Made by a program: the position numbers and the translations under genes. The notes under the pieces are model-generated. The model did not search any database. It was not told the DNA's origin and saw nothing but the letters and a program-made list of their open reading frames with translations. Below, piece after piece: positions 31,540-41,241 of a DNA stretch of 64,000 bases. This DNA comes from an uncultured Actinomycetota bacterium. GTDB taxonomy: Bacteria > Actinomycetota > CALGFH01. Each line of letters begins with the position of its first letter. Within the stretch, counting starts at the first letter, position 1. The stretch covers positions 39,859 through 103,858 of the forward strand of contig CAVTCL010000018.1 in the NCBI GenBank assembly GCA_963733175.1. Reading direction: 5' to 3'.

Positions 31540-32190
31540 ATGCGCCTCGTGATCGCCCGTTGCAGCGTCGACTACACGGGACGGCTCAGCGCCCACCTCC
31601 CCCTGGCGACCCGGCTGCTGCTGGTCAAGGCGGACGGCTCGGTGCTGGTGCACTCCGACGGCGGGGCGTACAAGCCCCTCAACTGGATGTCGCCGCCGTG
31701 CACCCTGGTCCAGGAGCCCGGCGCCTGGCGGGTCACCAACCGGACCGGCGAGTCGATGACCATCCAGATCACCGAGGTCCTGCACGACTCCTCCCACGAC
31801 CTCGGGGTCGACCCCGGCCTGGTCAAGGACGGGGTCGAGCGCCACCTCCAGGAGCTGCTGGCCGACCGCTGCGCCGTCCTCGGCGACGGCTGGTCGCTGG
31901 TCCGCCGCGAGTACCCCACCGACATCGGCCCGGTCGACCTGCTCTGCCGCGACGACCAGGGCGCCTACGTCGCCGTCGAGATCAAGCGCCGCGGCGAGAT
32001 CGACGGCCTGGAACAGCTCGCCCGCTACCTGGAACGCCTCCGCCCCGCCCTCGGCGACCGTCCGCGGCGTCCTCGCCGCCCAGGCCTTCACCCAGCAGGC
32101 CAGGACCCTGGCCGCCGCCCGCGGCATCAACTGCGTCGCCCTCGACTACGACGCCCTCCGCGGCATGGAGCCGAAACTCAGCTCTTATGA
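31540..32190 (+). CDS. nucS: Mismatch endonuclease NucS/EndoMS (frameshift near 3' end)
   Basis: [68 protein letters not shown] lies 6 nt before the ATG. Confidence 0.95.
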   Translation: MRLVIARCSVDYTGRLSAHLPLATRLLLVKADGSVLVHSDGGAYKPLNWMSPPCTLVQEPGAWRVTNRTGESMTIQITEVLHDSSHDLGVDPGLVKDGVERHLQELLADRCAVLGDGWSLVRREYPTDIGPVDLLCRDDQGAYVAVEIKRRGEIDGLEQLARYLERLRPALGDRPRRPRRPGLHPAGQDPGRRPRHQLRRPRLRRPPRHGAETQLL

Positions 32191-32339
32191 GAGTGGATAT
32201 ATTTGCGTAGTTTGACGGTGAGTAGAGCGGCCCTTGGGTGGAATGTGGGGTGGCAGTGGTAGGCGCTGGCGAGTGGCTGATCGGAAGGGGCTGAGGCGTC
32301 AGGAGGAGGTTTCAGAGTGTACGTGGCTGATGTGTAATT

Positions 32340-33145
32340 GAATGAACGGACGGCGGCCGATGGCGGTGAACATCGGGGCGAGAAGTGGGCGGGCGAGGCG
32401 CCGTCGCCTCGAAGGCACGCTCCCAGAGCCGGAGATCCTCGGCGGATAGCCATGACGGCCGCGACCATCGCCTCCAGGGCCGCCCACGCGGGCGACCGCA
32501 GCCTGGGCGACAGCTCCCGGATCACATAGCGGCCGCGGAACTCGACCAGCTCCAGGCCGGCCCGGACCAGCCGCTCGGCCAGGCGCAGACCGGCTGCGTT
32601 GTAGTCACCGATGGCGGCGCGGAAGGCGAGATACTGCTCCTGCAGATAGACCAGGTCGAGGTGCTCGGCCTGGGGGATGACAGAATGGCGGTGAGGTAGG
32701 CGTCGACCAGGTACAGGCAGCCACCGGGGCGCAGCAGGGTGGCCAGGTGGGCGACGATGGCGTCCTCGGCGCCGCCGTTGTGGGCCAGCACGTGCCGCAG
32801 CATCACCACCTCCAGCGACCCGGCCGCCAGGCCGGTCCTCGGCCCGACCCTGCTGGACGGCGACGTTAGCCGAGGACGGCGGCGGCGACCAGGGCGGTGG
32901 CGGCGGCGAGCCGCTAGGGATCGGCGTCGACGCGCCGTGACCCGCCCTACAGGCCCGACGGCGGCGGGCGAGCGCGGGGAGCATCGCGCCAGGACCGCAG
33001 CCGACGTCGGCGACGCGAGCCCCGGCCACGATGCCGGCCGGCTACCACAGGTCGGCCTCGGCTTGTCTGGCCGCCTCGGCCATCGTCTGGTAGCGCTCGA
33101 CTCGGCCTGGTCGAGCTCCAGGGGGTAGCGGCGGTCAGGGCTCAC
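32340..33145 (-). pseudogene. SAM-dependent methyltransferase, multiply frameshifted
   Basis: VADVGCGPG, MLRHVLAHNGG, LRPGGCLYLVD and FTAIGRR spread over several frames. GTG overlaps the MFS stop. Could be assembly error rather than decay. Confidence 0.65.
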
Positions 33146-34917
33146 CAGACCGTCACCGCCGCCCCGGGCCGTGCGCCGGCTGGACAAGTCTGTAGGCGGG
33201 ACCGGTTAGATCGGCCTGTGGTTGTTGCTTGCTGAACTCCTCGGCTCCAACCGGTACTGGACCGCTGGGGGTCCCCGACCAGACTCGGACGGTGGTTGCT
33301 CGGCGCCTGGTCCAGGGTGCCGACCAGCCGGTGCGGGTAGCGGATCCCGAAGCCGTTGACGGCGGCGCCTGCCATGAGCAGTCCGGCGGCGACCAGCATC
33401 GCGAGGTGGAAGGCATCGGTCGAGGCCGCTGAGCGGCGGCGCGGACCTCGGGCGAGACTCCGCCGACGGCTGGTTGAGGGGCGCCAGGCGTTGCGGAACG
33501 CGCGGGAGCCGGTGTCGACGCTGGGCACCTGCTGGCTGATGGTGGCGTAGAAGCTGGCGGCTACAGCCACGAAGATCAAGGCGTTCACCAGTGGGGAGCC
33601 GACGCGAGAGATGGCGTTGTTGATAGCCGAGGCTACGCCCGAGTTCCGCGCTGGGACCGAGGTCATCAGGGCGGTCGTGAGAGGGAGCGACCATGATGGA
33701 CAGCGCGATCCCGAACACGAGGAGCCGGGGAGCAGGTCGAGTGAGTAGTCGGCCGGCGGCAGGATCGACGCCGACCGGCCAGCCGCCGAGCATCCAGCCC
33801 TGGCTGTCGGCTGGGATCCGCGCGAGCCACAGCAGGCCGAGCGCCATGATGGCCGGGCCGAGGCTCATGAAGAGCCGTGGGCCGAACCGTGCCGCGAGCT
33901 TCCCGATACGCGAGGAGAACAACACCAGGAACAGGGAAGCTCGGAGACCAGTGCGATGACCGGCGGCCTGTTCGTTGTAGCCGAGGGTGCCGATCATGAA
34001 GATACCCAAGGAAGGTGAGCGTCACGTACAGCGCGCCGTAGATGACGAACGTCGAGATGTTGGTCACCGTGAAGTTCCTGGATCGGAAGAGCTTGGTGGC
34101 ACCAGCGGGTCGCTGCGTCGGGTCATCAGCAACGGGAGGGCGATCGCCGCGACCGCGCCGACTGCCAAGCTCACCGACGGCGATCGGCTCGCTCCAGCCG
34201 TGCTGCTGGCCGCGGATCGTACCGAAGGCGAGTCCGGCCGACGGCGACGGCGACCACCAGCGAGCCGAGCCAGTCGAAGCGTCCGGTGGCCTGCTCGTCG
34301 CGGGATTACGGCACGAACCGGACGGTGGCGAGGTAGGCGATCAGCAGGAAGGGAAGGTTGATCAGGAACGCCATGCGCCAGGAGATGGTGTTCACCAGCA
34401 GACCGCCGACGAACGGGCCGAGGATGGTCGTCGCGAGCTGACGCGCCGGCCCACAGGCCGAAGGCCCGTCCCTGCTCCTCGCTCTGGAAGCTGGCGGTGA
34501 TGATGGCGAGCGAGCTCGGGCACCAGGACGGCGCCGGCGGCGCTCTGCAGGATCCGGCAGACGATCAGGAACTCCACGTTGGTGAGATCCCGCACAGTAG
34601 CGAGGTGGCGGCGAACTCTACGAGGCCGATGCGCGAACATGCGCCGGCGGCCGAAGTAGTCGCTGAGCGCCCCGGCCAAGATGAGCAGTGCGCTCAGTGT
34701 GACGAAGTAGCTGTTGGCGACATAGGACTGCGCCTAGAGCGTCTAGAACAGGTAGGAGGACAATTCCTCGCCGATCCTCGGCAGGGCGAGGTTCACCACC
34801 GAGGTGTCGAGGAAGACGATGACTGAACAGAGGATGACGGCCAGCAGCGTCCAGCGTTTCCGTGCTGGCGTGAGAGAAGGCTGCCTCGGCGACTAGGGTA
34901 CCACCTGCAGTGCTCAT
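33142..34917 (-). pseudogene. DHA2-type MFS transporter, heavily frameshifted
   Basis: VFLDTSVVNLALP, GALSDYFGRRR, ISTFVIYGAL, GVASAINNAISRVG in different frames. ATGA overlap with the MBL gene. Confidence 0.7.
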
Positions 34918-35921
34918 GACAACTTCGTTTCTGGTGCGGCTAGCAGCTCGAACCGGCTGCCGACCGAGTTCGGCTGGTACGCCTGAGGCATCGCCTCGTA
35001 CAGGGCGTGATGGGCCAGCCAGCTGGTGCAGTGGGCGGGCACGATGAGTTGTGGCTGTTCCTCGGTCAGCGCCGTCACCGTCGTCGCCAGCACCGGGCCG
35101 TCGCGCAAGTGCAGACCTCCGGTCACCAGGTAGATCTGGTCGACGCCGGTGAGCCGTTTCGCCTGGCGGACGATGTTGACGATGCCGGCGTGGCCGCACC
35201 GGTGATGATCACGAGGCCGCGGCCGCGGACGTGCGCCACCAGCGCCTGGTCTTCGTGGACCAGCGGGTCGTGCCGCCACTGGCCATCCACCCATGCCTGG
35301 TGACCTGGCGGCAGGCCGGTCTCGAACGCCGTACTGCGCGGCACCTCGCCGGTGACCAGCAGCACACCGCCGAGAAGGAACGACGGTTGCCGGTCCTCGA
35401 CCAGGGCGAAGCCGGCGTCCTCGATGCCTGCCGGCTTGGCGTCGGCAGGTCGACAAACCGGTCCGGCGAGGCGATCCGCCGGCGCGTCCAGAAGTCCGGG
35501 ATGGAGCAGGACCGGCAACTTCCGGCACCCCGATCCGCTTGATCAGCCCGTGCAGCCCGGCCACGTGGTCGAAGTGCCCATGACTGAGCACAATCGCCTG
35601 GAACGTGTCCGGCGAGATGCCCAGCCGGTCCAGGTTCTCGACCAGACCGAACGGGCTGACACCGGCGTCATACAGGACACGATGCATCCGCCCACCCTGG
35701 TACACATCGATCAGCGCCGAGTAGCCGTGCTCGGCGCGCAGGAAATCCAACGTCGACCCGCCGACCGCCACGCCGCTGGGCGCGACCGGCAGCGGCCCGC
35801 TGGTACCAGACAGCCCCCAACGGCGCACCGGCCCCACGTCGGGCAGCAGCATGTCGGCGGTGTTGTCCACCAGGGTGGTCACGTCGACCCGATCGACCGG
35901 CTCAAGATTAAGAAGCGTCAC
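34914..35921 (-). CDS. MBL-fold metallohydrolase (COG1237-like), frameshifted
   Basis: TLVDN, AEHGYS, LYDAG, LSHGHFDH, CGHAG, GGLHL, AHCT. Confidence 0.8.
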   Translation of the reverse strand: MTLLNLEPVDRVDVTTLVDNTADMLLPDVGPVRRWGLSGTSGPLPVAPSGVAVGGSTLDFLRAEHGYSALIDVYQGGRMHRVLYDAGVSPFGLVENLDRLGISPDTFQAIVLSHGHFDHVAGLHGLIKRIGVPEVAGPAPSRTSGRAGGSPRRTGLSTCRRQAGRHRGRRLRPGRGPATVVPSRRCAAGHRRGAAQYGVRDRPAARSPGMGGWPVAARPAGPRRPGAGGARPRPRPRDHHRCGHAGIVNIVRQAKRLTGVDQIYLVTGGLHLRDGPVLATTVTALTEEQPQLIVPAHCTSWLAHHALYEAMPQAYQPNSVGSRFELLAAPETKLS

Positions 35922-35964
35922 TGCCGAACCCCTCCACAGATCTCGGCGCTGATCAGCGCCACGG

Positions 35965-37035
35965 TCAGGGGCGAGCCTCGTAGACGAGGTTGAACGGTGT
36001 TTCCGCCACCCGACGAAACGTACGGAATCCGGCCGCCTCCACCACATCGCCGATGGCGGCTTCGCCGGCCTGGTTGCCCAGCGCGTTGTCGGCGCCTTCG
36101 GAGATGGCGTGCGGCACGCAGAGGAAAGTGGAGAACGAGTAGTAGACCCTGCCCACTGGGGTCAGGTTCTCTGCCACCGAGCCGCCTGCATAGGGTTCGA
36201 CGATCAACCAGACGCCGTCCGCGGAGAGGGCCGACCGGATGTGACGGGCGGCACCGATCGGGTCCCCCATGTCGTGCAGGCAGTCGAACGTTGCCACCAG
36301 CCCGTAACCGCTGCCGGGAAAGTCCTGCGCCCGGGCCACAGCGAAATCGCACCGGTCAGCCAGGTCCGCCTCCGCGGCCGCCTTACGGGCAAGCTCGATC
36401 GATTCCAGGTGTGGGTCGAACCAGAGGACAGACGAGGTCGGGTAGGTGTCGGCCAGGATGCGGGTCGACGCTCCCAGCCCGCAGCCGACATCGGCGACAG
36501 GGATGCCCGCGACCAAGCGCTCCCGAAGACCGGCGACCGCCGGGATCTATGAACTCACCAGGTTCGCGACATAGCCGGGCCGGAAGAACCGCTCTGTGCC
36601 GGTGAAGACGTCCGGGTCATGCTCGCCCCAGGCCACCCCGCCGCCAGTCCTGAACGCGTCCAGGATCATCGACTCGTCGGACAGGCACGCCACCGCAAGC
36701 TGGAACGCCCCCGGTAGCACCAGCCCAGCCGGGTCGGCGAAGGCGAGCGCTTGCGCCTTGGTCATCGAGTACCGGCCGGTCTCGGCGTCGTACGAGATGT
36801 AGCCGCCCGCTGCCTGACCAGGCAGCCATTCGCGAACATACCGCTCTGCGGTCGAGGTGTACGCCGCCAGCTCGCTGGGCGTGAGCGGTCCGGCCTCAGC
36901 CAACGTCTGGTAGAGGCCCAGCTTGTCTCCGATGAGCACGTTGCCGGCCGAGATGGTCGCGCCGAGGTCGTTGACGAAGCGGCCGAGAAGCTCAGCGACC
37001 TGCTCCTCGTCGATCGTTGCCGTGTCGGTTCCCAT
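35965..37035 (-). CDS. Class I SAM-dependent methyltransferase with N-terminal wHTH (Rv2258c-like), frameshift near 36545
   Basis: IGDKLGLY, ERYVREWL, ERFFRPGY, VADVGCGLG, FDCLHDMGDP, TPFNLVYEARP. GGAGG RBS. Confidence 0.85.
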
Positions 37036-37057
37036 GTCATCCTCCAGGCGGTGCGGT

Positions 37058-37191
37058 GATATGCGATGCCTGAAGCATGGGCCGCCGACCTTGCGGCAAC
37101 GTGGATTGAACGTTGCCGCAACGTTGGCCAGACCTTGGCGTGAGCTAGGCGAGGAGCTTGGTGTGGGCGTCCTGGACCGCCTGGCTCGGGT
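37058..37191. repeat. Copy 1 of a perfect 134-bp inverted repeat (partner 38124-38257)
   Basis: Base-by-base reverse-complement identity checked manually. Contains the internal palindrome TTGCGGCAACGT-GGATTGA-ACGTTGCCGCAA. Confidence 0.95.
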
Positions 37192-37900
37192 TGACGCCCA
37201 GTTCCTCGCGCAGCAGGACCCGGAGGCGTTCATAGGCGGCAAGCGCCTCGGCCACGTTGCCTCTCGCCGCCAGCACTTGCATCAGCAGCAGATGGCCTGT
37301 CTCACGGAGCGGTGCGACTTCCAGCAGTTCCCGCGCTGCCCGCTCCGCTCCCGGCAGTTCCGGTCCACCTAGCTGGAGGCACGCCGTCGCGTAGCATTCC
37401 AAGGCACGCGCGTGCATATCGGCGAGGCGACGGCGCCACGACTCGGCCCACGGCGCGTCGGCCTCGGGTAAGAACGGTCGGCGTGCCACAAACAGCGCGG
37501 TCTTCGACGAGCGACCACGCCCGCCGCCAGTCCTGCCGGGCAACAGCGGACTCGGCCGCGTGCAGCGCCGAAGGTGGCCGCCTCGACGTCAACATGCGCC
37601 GGCTCGGGCAGCGCCACCGACAGCTCCGCACGTCCCCGGAGAACCTCCGGCCCGACCGCTGCGCGCACCTTCGAGATCAGGGCATTGAGCGCGGCGCTTG
37701 CGGCGGCGGGCGGGTTGTCGCCCCACAGGACATCAACGAGACTGATCGCGTGGAACTCGCTGAGACCGGAACAAGACCAGGTAGCTGAACAGCAGCCGGG
37801 CCTGCCGGCCAGGAAACGCCTGGTCGACCCGCCGGCCGGACAACTCCACGGCGAACGTCCCGCACAACTGCACACGGGTGGATCCGGGTTCGTCCTGCAC
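37145..37900 (-). CDS. SARP/BTAD-family transcriptional regulator (wHTH + BTAD), frameshifted
   Basis: RVQLCGTFAV, GRQARLLFSYL, LVDVLWG..LNALISKVR, APLRETGHLLLM, LREELGVNPS. Confidence 0.8.
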
Positions 37901-37959
37901 GTTGCACACCTCGACGCATTGGCGCTAGACCTAGAAGGATACGTCCGGGAAGGAGTCCG

Positions 37960-38124
37960 ATGACTCGCCAGGTTCGATGTGAATGCGGCTACACGGCTCG
38001 CGGCGAAACCGACGCCGCGGTGATCGCCCTGGTGCTGGCACACGTCGCGGCCGACCATCCCGACCTCGCCGGATCCGAGACCGCAGACGACATCCGGGGC
38101 TGGATCGAGCTACTCCCAGACTGA
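37960..38124 (+). CDS. Small CxC/His putative metal-binding protein (DUF1059-like), 54 aa, absent from ORF track
   Basis: MTRQVRCECGYTARGETDAAVIALVLAHVAADHPDLAGSETADDIRGWIELLPD; GAAGGAG RBS. Confidence 0.75.
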   Translation: MTRQVRCECGYTARGETDAAVIALVLAHVAADHPDLAGSETADDIRGWIELLPD

Positions 38125-38257
38125 CCCGAGCCAGGCGGTCCAGGACGCCCACACCAAGCTCCTCGCCTAGCTCACGCCAAGGTCTGGCCAACGTTGCGGC
38201 AACGTTCAATCCACGTTGCCGCAAGGTCGGCGGCCCATGCTTCAGGCATCGCATATC
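38124..38257. repeat. Copy 2 of the 134-bp inverted repeat
   Basis: Reverse complement of 37058-37191. Begins at the last base of the stop codon of the small CxC gene. Confidence 0.95.
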
Positions 38258-38349
38258 GCCACACCGGAAGGAGGAGACACTTGGCCTGCCTAAGATCAGC
38301 CGTTCGCCGTCGCCTTCCGCTGCTGACGGCCCATTCAGAGGGGAGTCCC

Positions 38350-39344
38350 ATGGGGATGCCACGACGGTCCGGATGGCTGCTTCTCCTCCTGCTGGCGCTG
38401 CTCGCATCGGTCGTGCCGTCGGCGGCCACCGCCGCGGGACCCTCCGGGGACGCGACCGCGCACCGCTTGGTCGCCGGGCCTGGAGGGTGGCTCGGGCAGC
38501 ACCATCGGCCCCGATGGGGCGCTGTATGTCACCGAGAACGCCGCCGGCAGGATCACCCGGGTCGATCCCAGGACCGGGGCCACCACGACCTATGCCAGCG
38601 GGCTGCCGAAGTTGATCCCCGCCGTCGGCTTCGGTGGGCCGGTCGACGTCGCCTTCCTCGGCCGGACCGCCTATGTGCTGGTCACCCTGGTCGGCTCCGA
38701 CGTCGGCGGCAGCGACGTCGTCGGCATCTACCGGGTGGAGGGGCCGAACAGCTTCACCGTGGTCGCCGACATCGGCGCGTTCTCCATCGCCAACCCGCCG
38801 GCCACCGACTTCTTCGTGCCCAGCGGCGTCCAGTACGCCCTGCAGGCCGTATCGTGGCGGGTTGCTGGTGACCGATGGGCACCACAACCGGGTGCTGCGG
38901 GTCACCGGCGACGGCCAGATCACCGAGCTGCGAGCGTTCGGCAACATCGTCCCCACCGGACTGGAGGTGCGGGGCAGGACCATCTACATGGCCGAGGCCG
39001 GCCCCGTCCCCCACCTGCCCGAGGACGGCAAGGTGGTGGCGTTCCGGCCCAGGTCGACCACGGTGAGGGAGGTGGCAGCTGGCAGCCGCCTGCTGGTCGA
39101 TGTGGAGTTCGGCCGCGGGCACCGGCTGTACGCCCTTTCCCAGGGCGTCTTCACGCCCGGGAACCCTGAGGGCTCGCCCGCGGAGCCGAACACCGGCGCC
39201 CTGGTCAAGGCCAACCGGGACGGCACCTTCACCGTGCTCATCGACCGGCTGAACCAGCCGACCTCGCTCGAGTTCATCGGCAAGACCGCGTATGTCGTCA
39301 CGCTGAGCGGGGAGATCTGGAAGATCAATGGAGCCCGCATTTAG
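38350..39344 (+). CDS. Secreted ScyD/ScyE-like beta-propeller protein (frameshifted)
   Basis: Signal peptide, GPDGALYVTE, LLVTDGHHNRVL, IVPTGL, LNQPTSLEF..AYVVTL. Confidence 0.7.
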
Positions 39345-39378
39345 GCCCCGCAGGGCAGTGCTTTCCGAGGAGATCCTC

Positions 39379-40044
39379 ATGCACAGCGTCGCCGTCCCCA
39401 CCGACCCCAAGCCATCCGACGCGGGCGTCACCGGGGCCTCCACGCCGCCAATCGGCCGCTACCTGCCCGTGCCGGTCCAGGTCCACCAGGCCGACCCGGA
39501 CGCCCCCGAGGTCGCCAGGTGCCTGATCGCGCTCATCGCCACCCGCTGGCCTGCCACTCCGGCCGAGCACGTTGGCAGCTCGGCGGTGCCCGGCCTGGCC
39601 GGCAAGAACATCATCGACCTGCTCCTGGCCGCCGAACCAGCCGACATCTCGGCCATCACCCAGGCCCTGCTCGAGCTTGGCTTCCAACCCCAGGTCCCGG
39701 CGGCGTTCCCGGCCACCCGGCCGATGCTGTGGGGCGCCTTCCGCCACGGACTCACCGACCTACCGGGTCCACGTCCACATAGTCCCGACCGACAGCCCCG
39801 AGGTCGCCGCCATGCGCGGCTTCCGGGACGACTCTGCGCGCCGACCCGGTCCTGCGCCGGCGCTATGCGGCCCTCAAGCGGGCCATCGCGGCAGGCGGCG
39901 CGGATCGATCTGGTGACCTACACCAAGGCCAAGCACGACTGGATCGCCGCCACCCTGGCCCATCTTGGCCTGGCGGGCCACCAGCCGCGCCGCCTCTACC
40001 AGGACGACCCGGACCTGGACAGGTCCCACCGACTGGCCTCATGA
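39379..40044 (+). CDS. GrpB-family (UPF0157) protein, frameshifted
   Basis: EHVGSSAVPGLAGKNIIDL, HVHIV, FRD, YTKAKHDWI. Confidence 0.75.
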   Translation: MHSVAVPTDPKPSDAGVTGASTPPIGRYLPVPVQVHQADPDAPEVARCLIALIATRWPATPAEHVGSSAVPGLAGKNIIDLLLAAEPADISAITQALLELGFQPQVPAAFPATRPMLWGAFRHGLTDLPGPRPHSPDRQPRGRRHARLPGRLCAPTRSCAGAMRPSSGPSRQAARIDLVTYTKAKHDWIAATLAHLGLAGHQPRRLYQDDPDLDRSHRLAS

Positions 40045-40186
40045 CCCACCCACCCTTCTCGCACGCGTGCCTAGTTACCGGGGCGGCAAATACGGGTGGA
40101 GAGGCGCTGCGACGAACGACAGTTCGCCACGCTCCACCCGGCCCTCGATCGCGGAAAGGGCGCCTTCTCACGGAGGAGGCTAGCTC

Positions 40187-40900
40187 GTGGCTGAGGGTGT
40201 GCTGGTGGGACGGGTGGCAGCGGTGCTGCGCTATCCGGTCAAGTCGATGGCCGCCGAGCCCGTCGAGGACGTCGACGTGTCATGGCACGGCCTGTCCGGA
40301 GATCGACGGTGGGCATTCGTGCGACCCGACCTGCCGAGCAACGGCTTCCCCTGGTTGACGCTGCGGCAGCGCAACGACCTCAACGACTATCACCCTTGTT
40401 GGACGGAGCGGGAACGCCCAGACGCATCCGCGGTCATCGTCCGTACCCCGGCAGGTGCCCGATTCGATGTCACTGCGCCGGCTCTCGCGGCCGAGCTCGG
40501 TGAAGGCGTACGGGTGATGAAGCTGAACCGGGGAACGTTCGACACCATGCCGCTGTCGCTGATCACCACGCGCACCGTCGAGAGCCTCGGCGCGCTGCTG
40601 GGCACCGATCTGGACGTGCTGCGTTTCCGGCCGAATCTGGTGATCGAGGCGTTCGGCGCGGCGGCGTTCCCGGAGGACGAGTGGGTCGGACAGGCCCTGA
40701 CGGTCGGCACGACGTGGATGCGGATCGACGGGCGTGACAAACGGTGCGTTGTCGTCAACGTCGACCCGGTCACCGGCCGCCGCGACCCAGAGGTGCTACG
40801 CGCTATCGCCACCCACCGGGAGACATGCCTCGGCGTGTACGGATCGACGATTCGTCCCGGGCGGGTCGCGGTCGGCGATTCCGTGGTTCTGCAGCCATGA
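40187..40900 (+). CDS. MOSC-domain protein
   Basis: RYPVKSM, DRRWAF, RFRPNLV, RCVVV, LGVYG. Confidence 0.88.
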   Translation: MAEGVLVGRVAAVLRYPVKSMAAEPVEDVDVSWHGLSGDRRWAFVRPDLPSNGFPWLTLRQRNDLNDYHPCWTERERPDASAVIVRTPAGARFDVTAPALAAELGEGVRVMKLNRGTFDTMPLSLITTRTVESLGALLGTDLDVLRFRPNLVIEAFGAAAFPEDEWVGQALTVGTTWMRIDGRDKRCVVVNVDPVTGRRDPEVLRAIATHRETCLGVYGSTIRPGRVAVGDSVVLQP

Positions 40901-40995
40901 AGGATCCACGGTCCACACGGTCTGGAACCCGCCACCCCGACCCTGTTCTAGACCCCGGGTGGTTGACAGCCGGAGTGGGCGGGACGATCCTTGCC

Positions 40996-41200
40996 GGGCG
41001 CTGGTCTTGCAACGAGGGAATCCGGTGTGAATCCGGAGCTGCCCCGCAGCGGTATGTGGGAACGACAGCCGTCACCGAGGCGCCGAACGCGCCTCGGTCA
41101 AGCACTGAGCCAGACAGTCTTGGGAAGCGACGGCCGGTAGGAACCCGGCGCGGCATCGACCGCGCCGCCCGCCCACGAGCCCGAAGACCTGCCAGCGCCC
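40996..41200 (+). ncRNA. Cobalamin (AdoCbl) riboswitch
   Basis: AGGGAATCCGGTGTGAATCCGGAGCTGCCCCGCAGCGGT, CACTG...GGGAAG, B12 box GAGCCCGAAGACCTGCC, P1 arms GGGCGCTGG/CCAGCGCCC, directly upstream of metE. Confidence 0.93.
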
Positions 41201-41241
41201 GCGCGGCGAGCGCGGCCAGTCCAGGCCTCGAGGGAGGGCTC

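Noticed and set aside
37058-38257. 134-bp inverted repeat as IS/MITE termini
   Set aside because: No transposase, no target-site duplication seen, and the repeat consists of host gene end plus upstream region.
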